Origin: Callorhinchus milii
Taxonomy: Eukaryota
NCBI RefSeq assembly: GCF_018977255.1
Contig: NW_024704762.1
Span: forward strand, 7,874,001-7,938,000
Reading direction: 5' to 3'
DNA: 64,000 nucleotides
Shown here in pieces: positions 1 to 12,695 of the stretch (within the stretch, counting starts at the first letter, position 1; the number at the start of each line of letters is the position of its first letter). The position numbers and the translations under genes were made by a program. The notes beneath the pieces were generated by a model. The model saw only the letters and a list, made by a program, of their open reading frames with translations, was not told the DNA's origin and made no database searches.

Positions 1-579
1 TGTATTTCGCAGCCCATTTGGAATTTGAGGTTGGGATCGGGGACAAACTGCAGACCATTTTATTCTTGTCTCTCCTTGCTTCGGGCTCATTGGGTGGGAG
101 GCGCAGAGAGTTAGCTTTATTTTGTCACATTGAGAGTCGAGTGATGAATTCAGCCTCCGTTCAGTTACCAGAACTCCTTTGTTTCCATTTATACTTACCT
201 CTCAGAGTATAGCAGACAATGATCTGGGTGTCAATACTGAACAGCCTGTAATTATACTCTGCGAATCCTATTGTACATGATCACATGTATTAACTTTGTA
301 ATGTATTTTTTCTTGGCCAATTTTTTCCTGTCCTCTCCCAAAGGGTCTGAGGCTTGGGACAGACTGATGGATCTTTGGGCCAAGTGGCTATTCTTCATGT
401 GTGAGCCTGGAGACTGCAGGGAGTGGGGAGGAGACAACACAGTCAAGACCATATCTGACCATTCTTCCATCATTATATCGAGCTGTTTCTTCAATGAATT
501 CAGCATCCTGCCTTCAACAGCCTGGTGGGATATTAGAGAAAAAACCACAACCGCCTTAGTTATGTTAAATAAATAAAGA

Positions 580-758
580 GGTCACTCAATCCACGACTGT
601 TTGTGGGACGCTGCTGTGCACAATCGGCTTCTGCGTTTCGCCCACAAAATATACAGTCAATTCATTTTACAGTATATTCTGTAAAGCGCTTTGAAACGTC
701 TCAAAGACGTGATAAGGCGCTATATGAAATGTAAGGATTATTATTATTATTATTATTA
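580..758 (+). mobile_element. Deu-domain SINE, 3' part
   Basis: GTTTGTGGGACGCTGCTGTGCACAATCGGC core, AAGCGCTTTGAAACGTCTC...GGCGCTATAT tail and (ATT)n. Confidence 0.8.
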
Positions 759-1349
759 GTTACGACCAATCTACTGGGCTTATAAAAAGGGTCCACACAT
801 TCTTGGTTGGTTGACGCTGTGAGTGTTTTTTGCACTGTATCTGTGAAGGAATCACAGATTCCACCAGGAGATATGGGACGGGCCCTCGGGGTCCAGACTT
901 AAACAAATGGATAAAACAGGTCTCCCTTTGTCCCTGAAACTGTCTATGCTGTTGACATTCCAGTCAGGTATGATGCTCACTAATGATCCTCACACTTCTG
1001 GCACAGATGCATTTTATTTTGCATTTGGCCGCTAATGAATCTTTCTCTCCCAACAGCTGAGCCCATCTCCAGTCTCCCACCCAGCGCTCGGCCCGAGACT
1101 TGGGGGCCTCCGCCGCTGCCTTTAAACTCAGTTTGACAGGCTGACACCCACCGGAGAGTAACCCTTTCACCGCCAAACTTCCCTCCCTTCGCAGATTTCA
1201 GGGCCACTTACAGACTCTGCTTCGTAATGAAGACTCACCAACCAGCCAGCCAGCCAGCCAGCCAACTAACAGGAGCTAAAGGGGGATAACACCATCCGTT
1301 TTCTCCGTTTAGATAAGACTCAGACCCGGAGGACAGTCCTATGAAAAAA

Positions 1350-1545
1350 ATTGTGATCTCTCAATCCACGGCTGTTTGTGGGACACTGCCGGGGGCAATT
1401 GGCTGCCATGTTTCGCCCACAAAAATACACTGTCAATCCACTTCACAGTATATCCTGTGAAAGTGCTTTGAGACGTCTCAATGATGTGATAAGACGTTGT
1501 ATCAAATAGCGTCTTAACAAGAATTATTATTATTATTATTATTCT
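1350..1545 (+). mobile_element. Deu-domain SINE, 3' part
   Basis: Same core and tail as the other copies, ending in (ATT)n. Confidence 0.75.
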
Positions 1546-2954
1546 ATCTCCTGGTATGATTCCTTGGTATATTTTCTGCCTTGGCATATTTGAAAGTAAT
1601 GTTTTGGGTTCACTTTTTCAATTCCGTGCACATGTGGAACTCTCTTAATTATGGTGATGGGTTTCCCCTTGAGTCAGACACCCGGCTGATCACAATAACA
1701 ATCTGTTTAGCAGCTTGTACACCTCGATAAGGTCCTCCCTGAGATATCTCTTTCCAAGGCTGAGGAGCTTGTTGTCTTTATAACACTGGGCATCATTCTC
1801 CCCACTGTTGTGGTCCTCCCCAGTGCCTCCAGCCTTCCTTCTCAAACTTTCTCCCCTTACCCAGAACTTACAGAGCGAGAAGCGGGTCTGCGGATATGAG
1901 CGGCAGCCTCAGCCTTTCAATACGCTCTTATCTGAGCGCAGTTTCACATGAATTTCAGAATAATTAGTCAACCTCTGATCTCTATCCCTTCGGGCTTAAT
2001 TGGGTCTGTCAGCAAATGGATTACAGGAGCGAGACAGAAATCATTGAAACAATGCTGAGACTCCAAGCACCAGGACTGCAGAATATTAAGCAGCCGCAGA
2101 TGTTGGTGGCGGTTGTGCTGTTGAGGGTTAGGCCGATGAGTGAATGGGTTTGTCTGGAGGCATTTGGGGTTAGGTGGTATTTTGAAGCATAAGTGATGGA
2201 GGAATTAAGTTCTGTGCATGTTACTGTTCAACTGCCCCCTCCCCATCCTCTGTCCTCCACGCAACCCTCCCCCCAGCCCATCCTTGCTACTGATGCTGCA
2301 TGGAGTCTCACTTAAGGCCACACGTGCTGTGTTGAATGTGTGTTGGAGTCGAAAAAGGCCATTTTAATCTATTCCCAGCACGGTTCCTCAGCTCCAAGCC
2401 ATCAACCATTGCTACTCAGGTCAATGCTTCAGTACAAGACACTCAGCACTGCTTCAGTTAGCACTAGAGTGAGGTGGGGGGGAAATGTACGCGGTCACCA
2501 TGGTATGACCCATCGCGCTCCCTCCCTACCCGGTTGTAAAACCTGACTCCGCAAAATATGCCCCTCATCCCCTCCTCGCAGTGGGGGCAGTGTTTTATCT
2601 GCAGCCGCTTGGTGTGATCTCTATTTCTTTCAGTAGGTCTGCGATCCAGATCACTGCTTCTCTGAAAAGGGATGCTGTTACTGCAGTAATTTATTGAGAG
2701 GCTGACAAGGGTCCAGTTAGGGGCAATCTCTACCCACGTTCTCGTGGCTCATGGCACAAAATGGGGGGGCAGGTGGAGTGAGGAGAGGGAGGGGGTGAGG
2801 GAGAAGAGGTGGGGAAGAGGGATAATTTCTTCTTTAAAAATTGGTTGTTAAAATCCGCAAATTACTCAACGATACTTGGTAAAAACTAAGAGCAAAGCCC
2901 ATCATGTGTAAGTTAATAATAATAATAATAATCCTTGCGTTTGATATAGAGCCT

Positions 2955-2993
<39 letters not shown>

Positions 2994-3297
2994 CCTTGCA
3001 TTTGATATAGCGCTTTTCACGTCGGGAGGACGTCCCAAAGCGCTTCACAGAATATACTGTAAAGTGAGTTGACTGTATATTTGTGGGCGAACGCGGCAGC
3101 CAATTGCGCACAGCAATGTCCCACAAACAGTCGTAGATTGAAAATGACCAATTTATTATTGTTTTGTTTTGGAGGGATTATTATTAGGCTCTGTGTGGAG
3201 TAAGGAAACTTGCCCAAGGTTTCGCCCTCTGCCTGGATTTGAACTCAGGTCTCTCACTTGCAAAGCGAGTGCTCTAACCACTGAGCTACAGGACTCC
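2955..3297 (-). mobile_element. Full-length tRNA-derived Deu-domain SINE with L2-like tail
   Basis: Head GGAGTCCTGTAGCTCAGTGGTTAGAGCAC (A box), GAGTTCAAATCC (B box), Deu core TGCTGTGCGCAATTGGCTGCCGCGTT, tail ...AGCGCTATATCAAATGCAAGG(ATT)n. Confidence 0.85.
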
Positions 3298-5179
3298 ACA
3301 TCACACCTTATCACATCTTCGCGGCGTCTCAAAGCGCTTCACAGAATATACTGTAAAGCGAATTGACTGTATATATTTTGGGCGAAAGTTAGTGAAGCTA
3401 CGTGATATTGTGGCATTTTAACCGTATCCCTGATGGTGATTTGTGCCTATTATTTTCAGCGCGGCTGAATCATTGCATCTGAAATGTTTCTTTTCTCTCT
3501 CTCTCTCTCTCTCTCTGCCTCGCTTTTTTGTGAAATTAAAAGATAAATGATTAATTAGCGGCCGGGACTAGATATCGAGGATATGTTGCGGGAGATGAAT
3601 TTGCTCTCTGGAAACATTTTGCCTTTGTTTCTCCAAATCAATTTGGCAAGATCAAATCTCGCTTAAAATCCACGGTTTTAAATTAGTGTTTGGCCTCGCA
3701 GCAATTTAAAATCACATCTCTCCCTTTCTCTCACTTGCAACGGAGCCATTAATCAGATCGCTGGAGGGTGGGGGAGGGCGGGCGGGGGGGGGGGGGATGG
3801 TGGAGGGAAGAGCCAGAAAAAAAAATGGTTTTAAATATGACTTGGTGCAATATCTGATCAGCTGACAGTGAACAAAGCAAAATGCTGCTGGCCATTGCTA
3901 CCCTCTGACCCTGCTCCGTTGCTGGAGGGAATGAGCATGCTCAAAGCGGGCTGTCGCCAAATCTCCATTTGTACTGGAGTATTTCTGAAGGACACGTGGA
4001 GTTTTGGATCCACTCAAAGAAGTTTGGAGTTGAAAAACTTATGTGGCCCATTGAGCCGTGGTACAATCCATACAACTACCTCTGCATCGACCTCCACCCC
4101 CCTATTCTATTCCCCATCCCCTGCACGCACATACACTACTCCTCCACTCCCCATTCCACTCATTGGATCGTGTGCTTCAATGTTCCCTGTTCTCTCTCTT
4201 GCTCTCTCTTTCTGAGAGAGGGGAAGAGCACGGTTGGGGGTGGGGGCATGGGGGGGGGAGAAAGGAAAGGGGTAAGAGATAATCCACGGAAAGAAAGCAG
4301 GTGAAAAAGGAAGATTTGCTCTTGTTCGTATAAATAGATGTGAAGGTCTCATTAAACATGCACATGGTAAATACGGATACAGAATGAGACATTTTAATGG
4401 GGATGGGGAATAGTTAATATTATTAGTATTATTATTATACTATTTTGGTGACAACAGCCCACAGAGCTAAAGCTGTGAATTATCCTTTGTTCCTCTTGTG
4501 CTCTGGCTGCTGGTGTGTTTGCCGCCATGATGGTTGAAGGCACATTACTTTGCCTTAAACAAGATCAGAAATGAGCAAATGAAGTGCCGCTCCAATCTCA
4601 TTTGCAAAAAAAAAAGGTGATTCAATTCCCCCGAGAGAAAGAGAGAGAGAGATAGCAGTTTTCTTCAGGAACGAGAGTCAATTCTGAGAGGTGAATGCTT
4701 CATGTCTGTCAGGAACAGGTGGGAGTGAGGGCTGCTTTTATTAAATCTAAATAGCATCTAGTATAAGCTGTCTCTCGCAGGCAGATCGTCAGGTTCGCAG
4801 GACCAAAGATGCGTGATAATAATCCTTTCCGGCTTTTGCAAAATTGCCAGTATCTCATTCTGAGAGCAGTGTTGAAAGGTTGATTATGGGTTGGTTTATG
4901 GTCCTGAATGCAAAGATTTGAACGTAATACGACTGGGAAATACACATACACACATATATATATTAGGCAGCATTTGAGAATATGACCTACACCTTCAACA
5001 TTAAAGTCTTTAAGTCTTTATCAGCCTCTTTAATTCTCTCCCACCTCTTCTCCTCTCGCTCTTTCACTCCGTCTCTTTTGTCCCCTTCTCTCTGTAGCAG
5101 AATTGCCTCTGATCATAGAGTGATACGGTCACTACATGGAAACAAGCCATTTAGTCCATCCCAGCTAGTCTAAATTTTG

Positions 5180-5340
5180 AGGAGGATAGATTTTTGTTAG
5201 CTAAGGGTATCAAGAGATATGGGGAAAAGGTGGGTAATTGGAGTTGAGGTACAGATCAGCCATGATCTAAGAGAATGCTGGAATAGGCTCGAGGGGCTGA
5301 ATGGCATTCTCCTGTTCCTATATTCCGATGTCCTATGTTC
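5180..5340 (+). mobile_element. CR1 LINE 3' end fragment (similar copies at ~50315-50440 and ~54395-54520)
   Basis: Shared GAGGTACAGATCAGCCATGATCT...GAGGGGCTGAATGGC...CCTGTTCCTAT terminus. Confidence 0.65.
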
Positions 5341-6409
5341 ATTGGAAGAATGCGATGGGAAGCATTAGTGAGAGTTTGGGAGGTGGGTGGTTTGGTGACT
5401 TCTGTAGCATGCGCTTGAAATTACATGGCGCAATCCTATCTGTCTTAACTGGACTTAAACTGCTTGCTTTCCACTAGATTGCCTTGAGACACAGAAGTGC
5501 TCTGGGTTCAAACTCCCAGTGGATTCATTCAGTCCTTCACCCTCTCAAGGTCAATAATAATACAGTATTTGGAAAATATTCTGCAGGGAAGAATCATGGG
5601 GATTCCAAGATGTCAATAATTCTATAATGGAAGCATCAGTATTCGAATCATTCAATCCTGTTCAATACTGTATACTATTATGAACGAGGCATTAAATGCT
5701 ACTTGTAACCATGTTCAGTAGATGCTATGCAAGATACTGCACAGTCTGCTATTGAATGCCTCGCCAAATATCTGTCCAAATTCTCTTTTGAATTTGCTGC
5801 TGTAATCTGCCTCCCTGGGAAATCCACTCCATACACCCACAGCTCCACGAGTGAAGTAATTCAGTCTGAACTGAATTCCCTCGCCCATTTCTGAGCTTCA
5901 GTCTGTGCTCCCTTGTACAACGTTTTTTTTCGACCAGACGAAAGATACGATCAGGGAACCTTCCCACGGATAAGAACAGATTGAGATTGTCTTGCCCAGC
6001 GAGAGTAGTTCTGCTCGTAATTTTAAACAAGACCTTGGCCATTTCCTCTCCCTTTCCTCAGTCCAGAGACCGACAGACACCTGTAATAGTAATCGGAACT
6101 GTGACTGCAAAGTTTCGGATTATTCCCAACTTATAATAGTTTTCTTGGGATAGAAGAGGTTGGTTTTGCCTCTGAATAGACAGAGAACTTTACTGACACA
6201 CACACACACACACGAGTGTTACTAATGAGTCTTGATATTTACAAATAATGTCCCGCAATTAGATACAGGTTTGTGTTACCAAAAACGCGGACACACAACC
6301 TGAATGAGCTACGTTTAAAATCTCGAATTCCTCATCTCTCTTCTCCCCCGGCATCTGGTTCTGTTGCATCTCACGAGCCACAGCCCTAACCCCCCCCCCA
6401 ACCCACCCA

Positions 6410-6815
6410 TATAATCCTTGCATTTGATATAGTGCCTTATCATATTGTTGAGACGTCTCAAAGCGCTTCACAGAATATACTGTGTGTATTTTGTGGGTGA
6501 AACGCAGCAGCCAATTGCACACAGCAGTGTCGCACAAACAGTCGTGGATTGAGTGACCACATTTTCCTTGTTAGATTCCTCAGCGAAAGGATGATCGCTC
6601 CCGTAGGCGCTATGGGAATATACAAAACATCAGTAACAACATTCCTAGTGGCCAGACAGCCCTTTGCTTCCTGCTGGGGGCGAAAGCAATTTAGATAATA
6701 ATAAATAATAATAATCCTTGCATTTGATATAGCGCTTTCACATCTTCTCGACATCTCAAAGCACTTCACAGAATAGACTGTAAAGTGAATTGACTGTATA
6801 TTTGTGGGTAAAATA
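6410..6815 (-). mobile_element. Two Deu-SINE 3' fragments
   Basis: AATCCTTGCATTTGATATAG...AAAGCGCTTCACAGAATA occurs twice. Confidence 0.75.
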
Positions 6816-7009
6816 TAGATGTGACCTTGGCTTGGTTGCCCGGAGCAAGAATCGCTGCCAGGCTAAACTAGACCTTTAGAAACTTTGCATTCACAGTTCT
6901 GACTCCTATCTGACAGGAGTCTGTCTGTCTCCGGACTGGGGAGAGGGAGCACAGTTACCAAGGTAGTGTTCAAAATTACAAGGAGTTTTGATGAGGTAAA
7001 TACAGTGAT

Positions 7010-7445
7010 AACAATCCTTGCATTTGATATAGTGTCTAATCATGTAGTCAAAACATCTCAAGGACTTCAGAGGATTTACTGTTTAGTGTCATGACCGTGT
7101 ATTTTTGTTGGTGAACACAGCAGCCAATTTGCATACAGCAACGCCCCACAAACAGCCACAAAGTGATTGACCAATTTTAACTGGGGGATTGTTGGCCAGG
7201 ACACCGGGAAAAACTCCCTTCTCTTTCCAAATAGTCCAACTGAATGGCAGAAACGGAACCTCGGATTAATCTTTTATGTGTAGGATGCCACCTCCAACAA
7301 TGCAGTGCTCCCAGTGTATTATTATTATTTTTGCACTTAAGTGTCAGCCTAGACGATGTGAGTTCAAAGCCCTGACGAGAGACTTGAACCTATAACCTTC
7401 TGACTCAGAGGCAAGAGTAGCACCAACGGAGCCACGCTGACACCT
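7010..7445 (-). mobile_element. Older AmnSINE/SacSINE-like Deu SINE (related copies ~9185-9450 +, ~11425-11600 +, ~58800-59100 +, ~60130-60400 -, ~61540-61790 +)
   Basis: Motifs CTCTTGCCTCTGAGTCAGAAGGTT..GGTTCAAG, GATGAGACGTTAAACCGAGG and CTCCCGGTGTCCTGGCCAA, plus the Deu core. Confidence 0.6.
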
Positions 7446-8659
7446 AAATAGGGACAATTTATTTCTATTGCTTGGTGAGTTAGTAGCTAAAGGGTTGAAG
7501 ATCAGAACCAAAAACTAAGGGAGAGGTTGTAGAGAATCTTTTTATACAGTGGGTTCTGAGGATATAGAACACATGTTTCTAATCTACATTTCAAGCTGCT
7601 TTAAATTGCTATTCGTGTGACAGTGATTTCTTCTTAATTAGACCTGACCCTGTGACCTGAGCTAAGGGTCCTTCTCGATCGTGCCTTTCTCTCCGCGAGT
7701 CCAGTGATAGACTGAGCTCCCATCTCGCCCGAGGCTCCTCTTTGGCAGACTGAAGTCCAATTTGCCAAATCTACAGCATAGATTTATCTTCATCCTTAAA
7801 GATTTCTACCAGCTCACTTCCTTGTGTTGTGTGTAATTCTTGTTGAGCGCTTGAGCTGGACACCTTTGAGTCCAGTTTGCCGGCCTGTGGCTTTGTTCTG
7901 ACAGCTTAAGAACAAAAGGCAACTTCAGGCTTAGTCTCTGGAGACACTCCATGTCTCAGAGCCAAGTGTGGAATGTCAGAACTATTGGGCGCAGGTGGCA
8001 GAGAGATCGCGCTGGGAGACAGGCTTCCCAATATAACATGATGTAACGCGAGAGGGGATGTGGCCTGCTGTTCACATCCTAACCGTGCCAATTCCCAGTT
8101 TTAAATAATCCCTGCATTTGACACAGCGCCTATACCGTCGAAACATCTCAAAGTGCTTCACGTGTCATTACCCTAATTAAGCATAGTGACAGTGCGTAGT
8201 CGCAGTGTATGTTTTGCAGGCAATCAATGCGTAGCAAGGTCCCAAATCAGTCATTGAATCGTTTATCTTAATGTTGGATTGCTGACCAGGACACCGGGAG
8301 AAACTCCCTTCTCTTTTTCAATGGAGTCACAGAATCTTTAACTAGCCGTTATGACACCCAGCTGACCAAAAATAAATCTGTTTTATCGGGAAGAACCAAA
8401 TGAATAGCGAGTACACTGTGCATCATTTCATCCAGTTGCTGTTTCTTCCCTTGTTCACCATGTTTAAGATGGTTTGAGAGAGTCACACTCTCTTTGGTTT
8501 ATCTGATCACTGTCTGGTTGCCAGTTGTTCAGTATGGGACCTTGACCCAATTGACACTTTTCCAGGTGTTTGAAATGAGCCTTTTACACTAACCACATTG
8601 GTTTGTTGCCCTGATTTGTACCGAATAACCTTGAGTGTCCTTATGCTCCTGTTCTTATA

Positions 8660-8785
8660 GGAAATAATATCTCAGGATAGAATATATAGTTTGGGACACG
8701 ACATGTCACGCGGCTGCCAGGATGGTGGAAAGTGAACCAGACAGACCTTGGTCTTCTTTCACCTAGCAAATTCCTATATTCTGAT
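8660..8785 (+). mobile_element. CR1-like LINE 3' terminal fragment (further copies ~33445-33570 and ~43738-43852)
   Basis: Three dispersed copies of ATATCTCAGGATA..ATATAGTTTGGGACA...CAGGATGGTGGAAGGTGAACTGGATGGACCTTGGTCTTCTTT..CTAGCAA.TTCCTAT. Confidence 0.6.
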
Positions 8786-10049
8786 GAGTGGCGTTTTCCC
8801 TAATTCTCTTCCCTCTTTCCGCCCACCATATCCCAGAGCAAGATCAACGACCCACAAGGTCTTTCATATTCCATCTGTAAAAGGGTCAAAAAGATAACAG
8901 CATTCCCCCTTCCTGCCCATTTGTACATGGTGTAAGTCACTGTAGTGGTAATGGCAGGACATTTTACATGTTACAGTGATACCACCTGCTGGTCATTTCC
9001 TTATAGCACCATTTCTTCTGGCCATAATGAGATGCAAACGTCATGAAAATATTTCAACAGTTGGCCTTAAAAACCTCTCCTTGACAACAGTACTTCTCCC
9101 CTGGCAGTGGGTAAAGCACTGAAGGTTTTGAATCTCATTCAGTGCTGAGTTCACTGATCTGAGCTGGGGTGACAGTCTGGCTCAGGAACTCACACTCTTG
9201 CCTCTGAAATTGTGGGTTCAAGCCCCACGTTGGGACTTTGAGCTCGCAGTCTTGGCTAAGGCTCCAGCACAGTGCTGGGGGTGCGCTGCATTGTCAGAGA
9301 CGGCATTCTTCGTCTGAGACGTTAAACCGAGGTCCCATCGGTACCTGTTCAGATGGACAATAAAGATCCCATGCCACCCCCCCAGATAAAATTGGACAAT
9401 TATTTCATAGTTGTTTGTGGGACATTGCTTGGTGCAAATCGGATGCTGCATTCAATCGTACTCTCAGCCACTATGACCCGAATCTCAGGAACTCCTTCCC
9501 ACGATCCCTCCGTCTTGTCCCCTCTCTGTGTGTCTTCAAGTCACACCCATAGACTTTCCTCCCCGATTGTGCTTGTGGTCACCTTCCCCACCCTCTCTTC
9601 CAGCTTGGCATCAAGCTCTCCGCTGTTACAAAACAGCGCTATCTGTGTGAACATCAACAATAATCCTTGCGTTTGATATAGCGCCTTATCACGTTGTTCG
9701 AAACGTCTCACAGAATATACTGCGAATTGAGTGAATTGAATGTGAACAACAATAACAACAACAGCAGCAGCTTTCCACATCGGGTGTGTGTGTGTGTGGG
9801 GTGGGGGGGGGGTTGGGGAACGGACATCCCAAGTCACATATAAATGCAAGTTGTGGTTGTTGTGTCACTTATGAAACACACAGTCACCACACTCGACATT
9901 AATTCCCGCAAAGCGTTTGGAGATTTTTTTTTAAAAAAAAGGACGGGATGTGGCGTTACATTACATATCATACGTTGCATTGGAGATATATATATAATGC
10001 ATATATTGTATATCACACACTACAGCCCAGTTCTCATAAAGCCCTTTGC

Positions 10050-10360
10050 AAGTTGGAGGGCGGCACTCAGTTCAGGCGCTGCGCGGCTGATTGATTGACA
10101 GCGAAACCAGGGGCAACCGTGGCCGGGCCGCCAATCCCGTTTGCGGCGCCTGGCCAAAGTGTCGTGAAGTCAGTGGGGCCGGGCCTGCCAGCGGTGTCGC
10201 AAAGCGGGAGCGACGGTCGGGTTTCGCCGCCTGGCGTTGCGATGGCGACTTCGGCGCTGTGCGGGGGGACAATGAGCAGGTGCGGCGGCGGCGGCGGCGG
10301 GGCGGCCCCGGGGTGGGATGGCGGAGCGGGAGAGGCCGGGGATGAGCGGCCTAGACCTGA
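10050..10360 (+). promoter_or_regulatory. CpG island promoter and exon 1 of NR2C2AP
   Basis: CpG-dense stretch with CCAAT at 10131-10135 and (GGC)n. It contains the ATG at 10242. Confidence 0.75.
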
Positions 10361-12695
10361 CACTTAGCTTCTGTAGCCTCAGGATATGGGGGGGCGGGGA
10401 GGGGGGGGCGGGGGGGGGGAGGGGAGAGAGACTGATGTCAGGGCCAGTTGGGAATCAGCCAGAAAATGGCTCTTTTGGGGATTAAAATGTTTTTTCACAA
10501 ACTCCCAATCTTCTTCTTCCCAAACTTGGGTTGGATGTTTGTCCGGGGGGTGGGGGTGAGGTGGGGGGTGGGAGGCCAGGGGTTGGGGGTTGGTGGGGTG
10601 GGGGAGGGGAGGTCAGGGGTTGGGGGTCTGCACCTACCCATTGGGGTTGGCGGTTGGGGGGGTTGGGGGTCTGCACCTACCCATTGGGGTTGGCGGTTGG
10701 GGGGGGGGGGGGGGAGTGGGTCGGACACCATCCCCAGCTTTCAGCCACCGCGCCCCAAAACTCGGGAACTCTCTCCCTCCCCCCCCCCCCCCCCCCCCCC
10801 CCCGATCCCTCCGCCTTGCCCCCGTCTTCCCCTGTCGGGTCTGAAGACCTTCCCCTTTGACCGTAGCTGAAGGTCACCTCCCCCACCACCTCCGGTTCGG
10901 CTTCGTGCTCCTCCGCTCGAGCGCTCCGGCACACTACCCCGGGGTGAGGGCCGCGAGATACATGCTTGTTGTTGTTGTTGTTGTCGTCTATGTGTGTGGA
11001 CATGAAAGTATTTTACCACCGAAAGCAGAATAAGTGAAGGTTGGATGGGTGGATGAGGTGACGATGAACTGCAGATCTCTTGGTGGATAAAGCCCAAAGA
11101 ATCGGGAGATACCCAGGCTCCTGGGTATAGGCACCCCATCGACCTGCAATCTCCCAGGGAGGGTCGCTGGTTCACCCATAGACTGTGTGGCCCGCAAGGC
11201 CCTGACTTTCATTTGTCTCCTGATTCAGGGTGAGCTCGGTCCTCAATCGAGATGTGAAGCAGTTTGGGAAGAAGTTTCTCTTTGACCGTAATGAGGAGAC
11301 CTGCTGGAACTCGGACCAGGTATTGTGAAGCGTGGAAGGAGGTAGAGGTCTCCTGTAGACCGGAACAGTGTGGCTTTAGTTATAAGGAATGACTGGATGA
11401 CTTTGGTGTCAGCTTGACTCAATGGGTAGGACTCCCGCCTCTGGTTCAATAGGTTGTGAGATCAAGCCCCACGTTGTGATACATAATCTAGATTGACAGT
11501 CAAGCTCATTACTGGTGAGGAGATGTCGGTATTGTCAGAGGTGACATCCTTCAGATGAGACACTAAACTGAGGTCCGATCTACTTTCCTAGTTAATATTT
11601 CTCCCTCATCCGAAATTCACTGGTAAATGAAGTACTATGATGAGTTTTTTTGTATAATAATAATTATCCTTGCATTTTATATCAGGACATCTTGAACAGC
11701 TTCACAGGATATACTGTAAAGTGGAATATTTTGTGGGTAAATGCCAACATTCCTTTCATCTTGGTTGCTGTGCCAGATTAGTTGCTATGTTTGTCTGCAT
11801 AACAGACACTCATCATGTGAAGTGGTTTTAAGGCATGATGAGGCACAGCGTGAAGTCCTGGCATTGTTCTATTTGGTATTTTTATTTTAGCTTTTTATCA
11901 TCACTGCACTGTGCACAATCTGTCTCTCTCTGTCTCAGGGCTCCTGCCAGTGGGTGCTGCTCGAATTCCCTCAGCCCGTCAAAGTAACCGAACTCCACAT
12001 CCAGTTCCAGGGCGGCTTCGCTGGAAGATTGTGCAGACTCGAAGGTGAGTTACCTGTATTAACATCCATTCCTCCCTTCCCCTTTGTCTTCTCTTCCACC
12101 TTCCACCTTACCTCTCTGTCCTCCATCTAGTGACATTCACAAATGTGCACTTAATAATAACGATCCTTGCATTTGTTATCTTGCCTTATCATGGATCGGA
12201 CATGTTTGCTCATCACACTTTTCCTCTTTGGACAGAAATTCAGCAGTTGCTTCTATCGCTGTGACCTTTCTGATATTTTGCCTGTTTCCCGATGGCTCAG
12301 TCTGCATGTCTTGTCTCCTAGGAAATGAGAATGGAGGTGATCTGGCAAAGATAACTGAAATCTACCCTGAGGACACCAACCGACTACAGATATCCTTCTG
12401 AGTTGGGGTGGCCGTGTTTTATGTAGTGAGAATGGGGTTGTGGTCAGTAATATTTTATATAATGATCCGAGTCTAGTAGACTAGATGACTGGTGAAGAGA
12501 CCCATTAGCATAGACTTGATGGGTGAGTGTCTGTAACATTTCCACAGTCTTTGTCCTTGACATGTAACTCACTGCTTCACCATCACTGAAGAGCCAAGAG
12601 TTGCAAAACTGAAGCTCGTCTTTGAGAACAGCTCAGACTTCTTTGGCCGGATTGTTATTTACCACCTCGATGTCCTTGGTGAAAAATTGCTTTAA
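10242..12695 (+). CDS. NR2C2AP: Nuclear receptor 2C2-associated protein (TRA16), 5 coding exons, 141 aa
   Basis: Exons 10242-10279, 11229-11319, 11939-12044, 12322-12389 and 12573-12695 join in frame (426 nt): MATSALCGGTMSRVSSVLNRDVKQFGKKFLFDRNEETCWNSDQGSCQWVLLEFPQPVKVTELHIQFQGGFAGRLCRLEG...YPEDTNRLQCFTI...FENSSDFFGRIVIYHLDVLGEKLL*. This matches vertebrate NR2C2AP as recalled. Introns 1-3 are GT-AG; intron 4 is AT-AC. Confidence 0.95.
12390..12572 (+). other. U12-type (minor spliceosome) AT-AC intron of NR2C2AP
   Basis: 5' ATATCCTT at 12390, branch consensus TCCTTGAC at 12554-12561, terminal AC at 12571-12572. Removing it restores the frame and the homology. Confidence 0.92.

Noticed and set aside
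252-576. Overlapping ~100-aa ORFs at the window start
   Set aside because: No recognisable homology or coherent splice context, and partly repeat-like.
3225-3297. tRNA genes (also ~15210-15281, 23535-23605, 36597-36660)
   Set aside because: The A/B boxes are SINE heads that continue into Deu cores and tails; no complete cloverleaf is evident.
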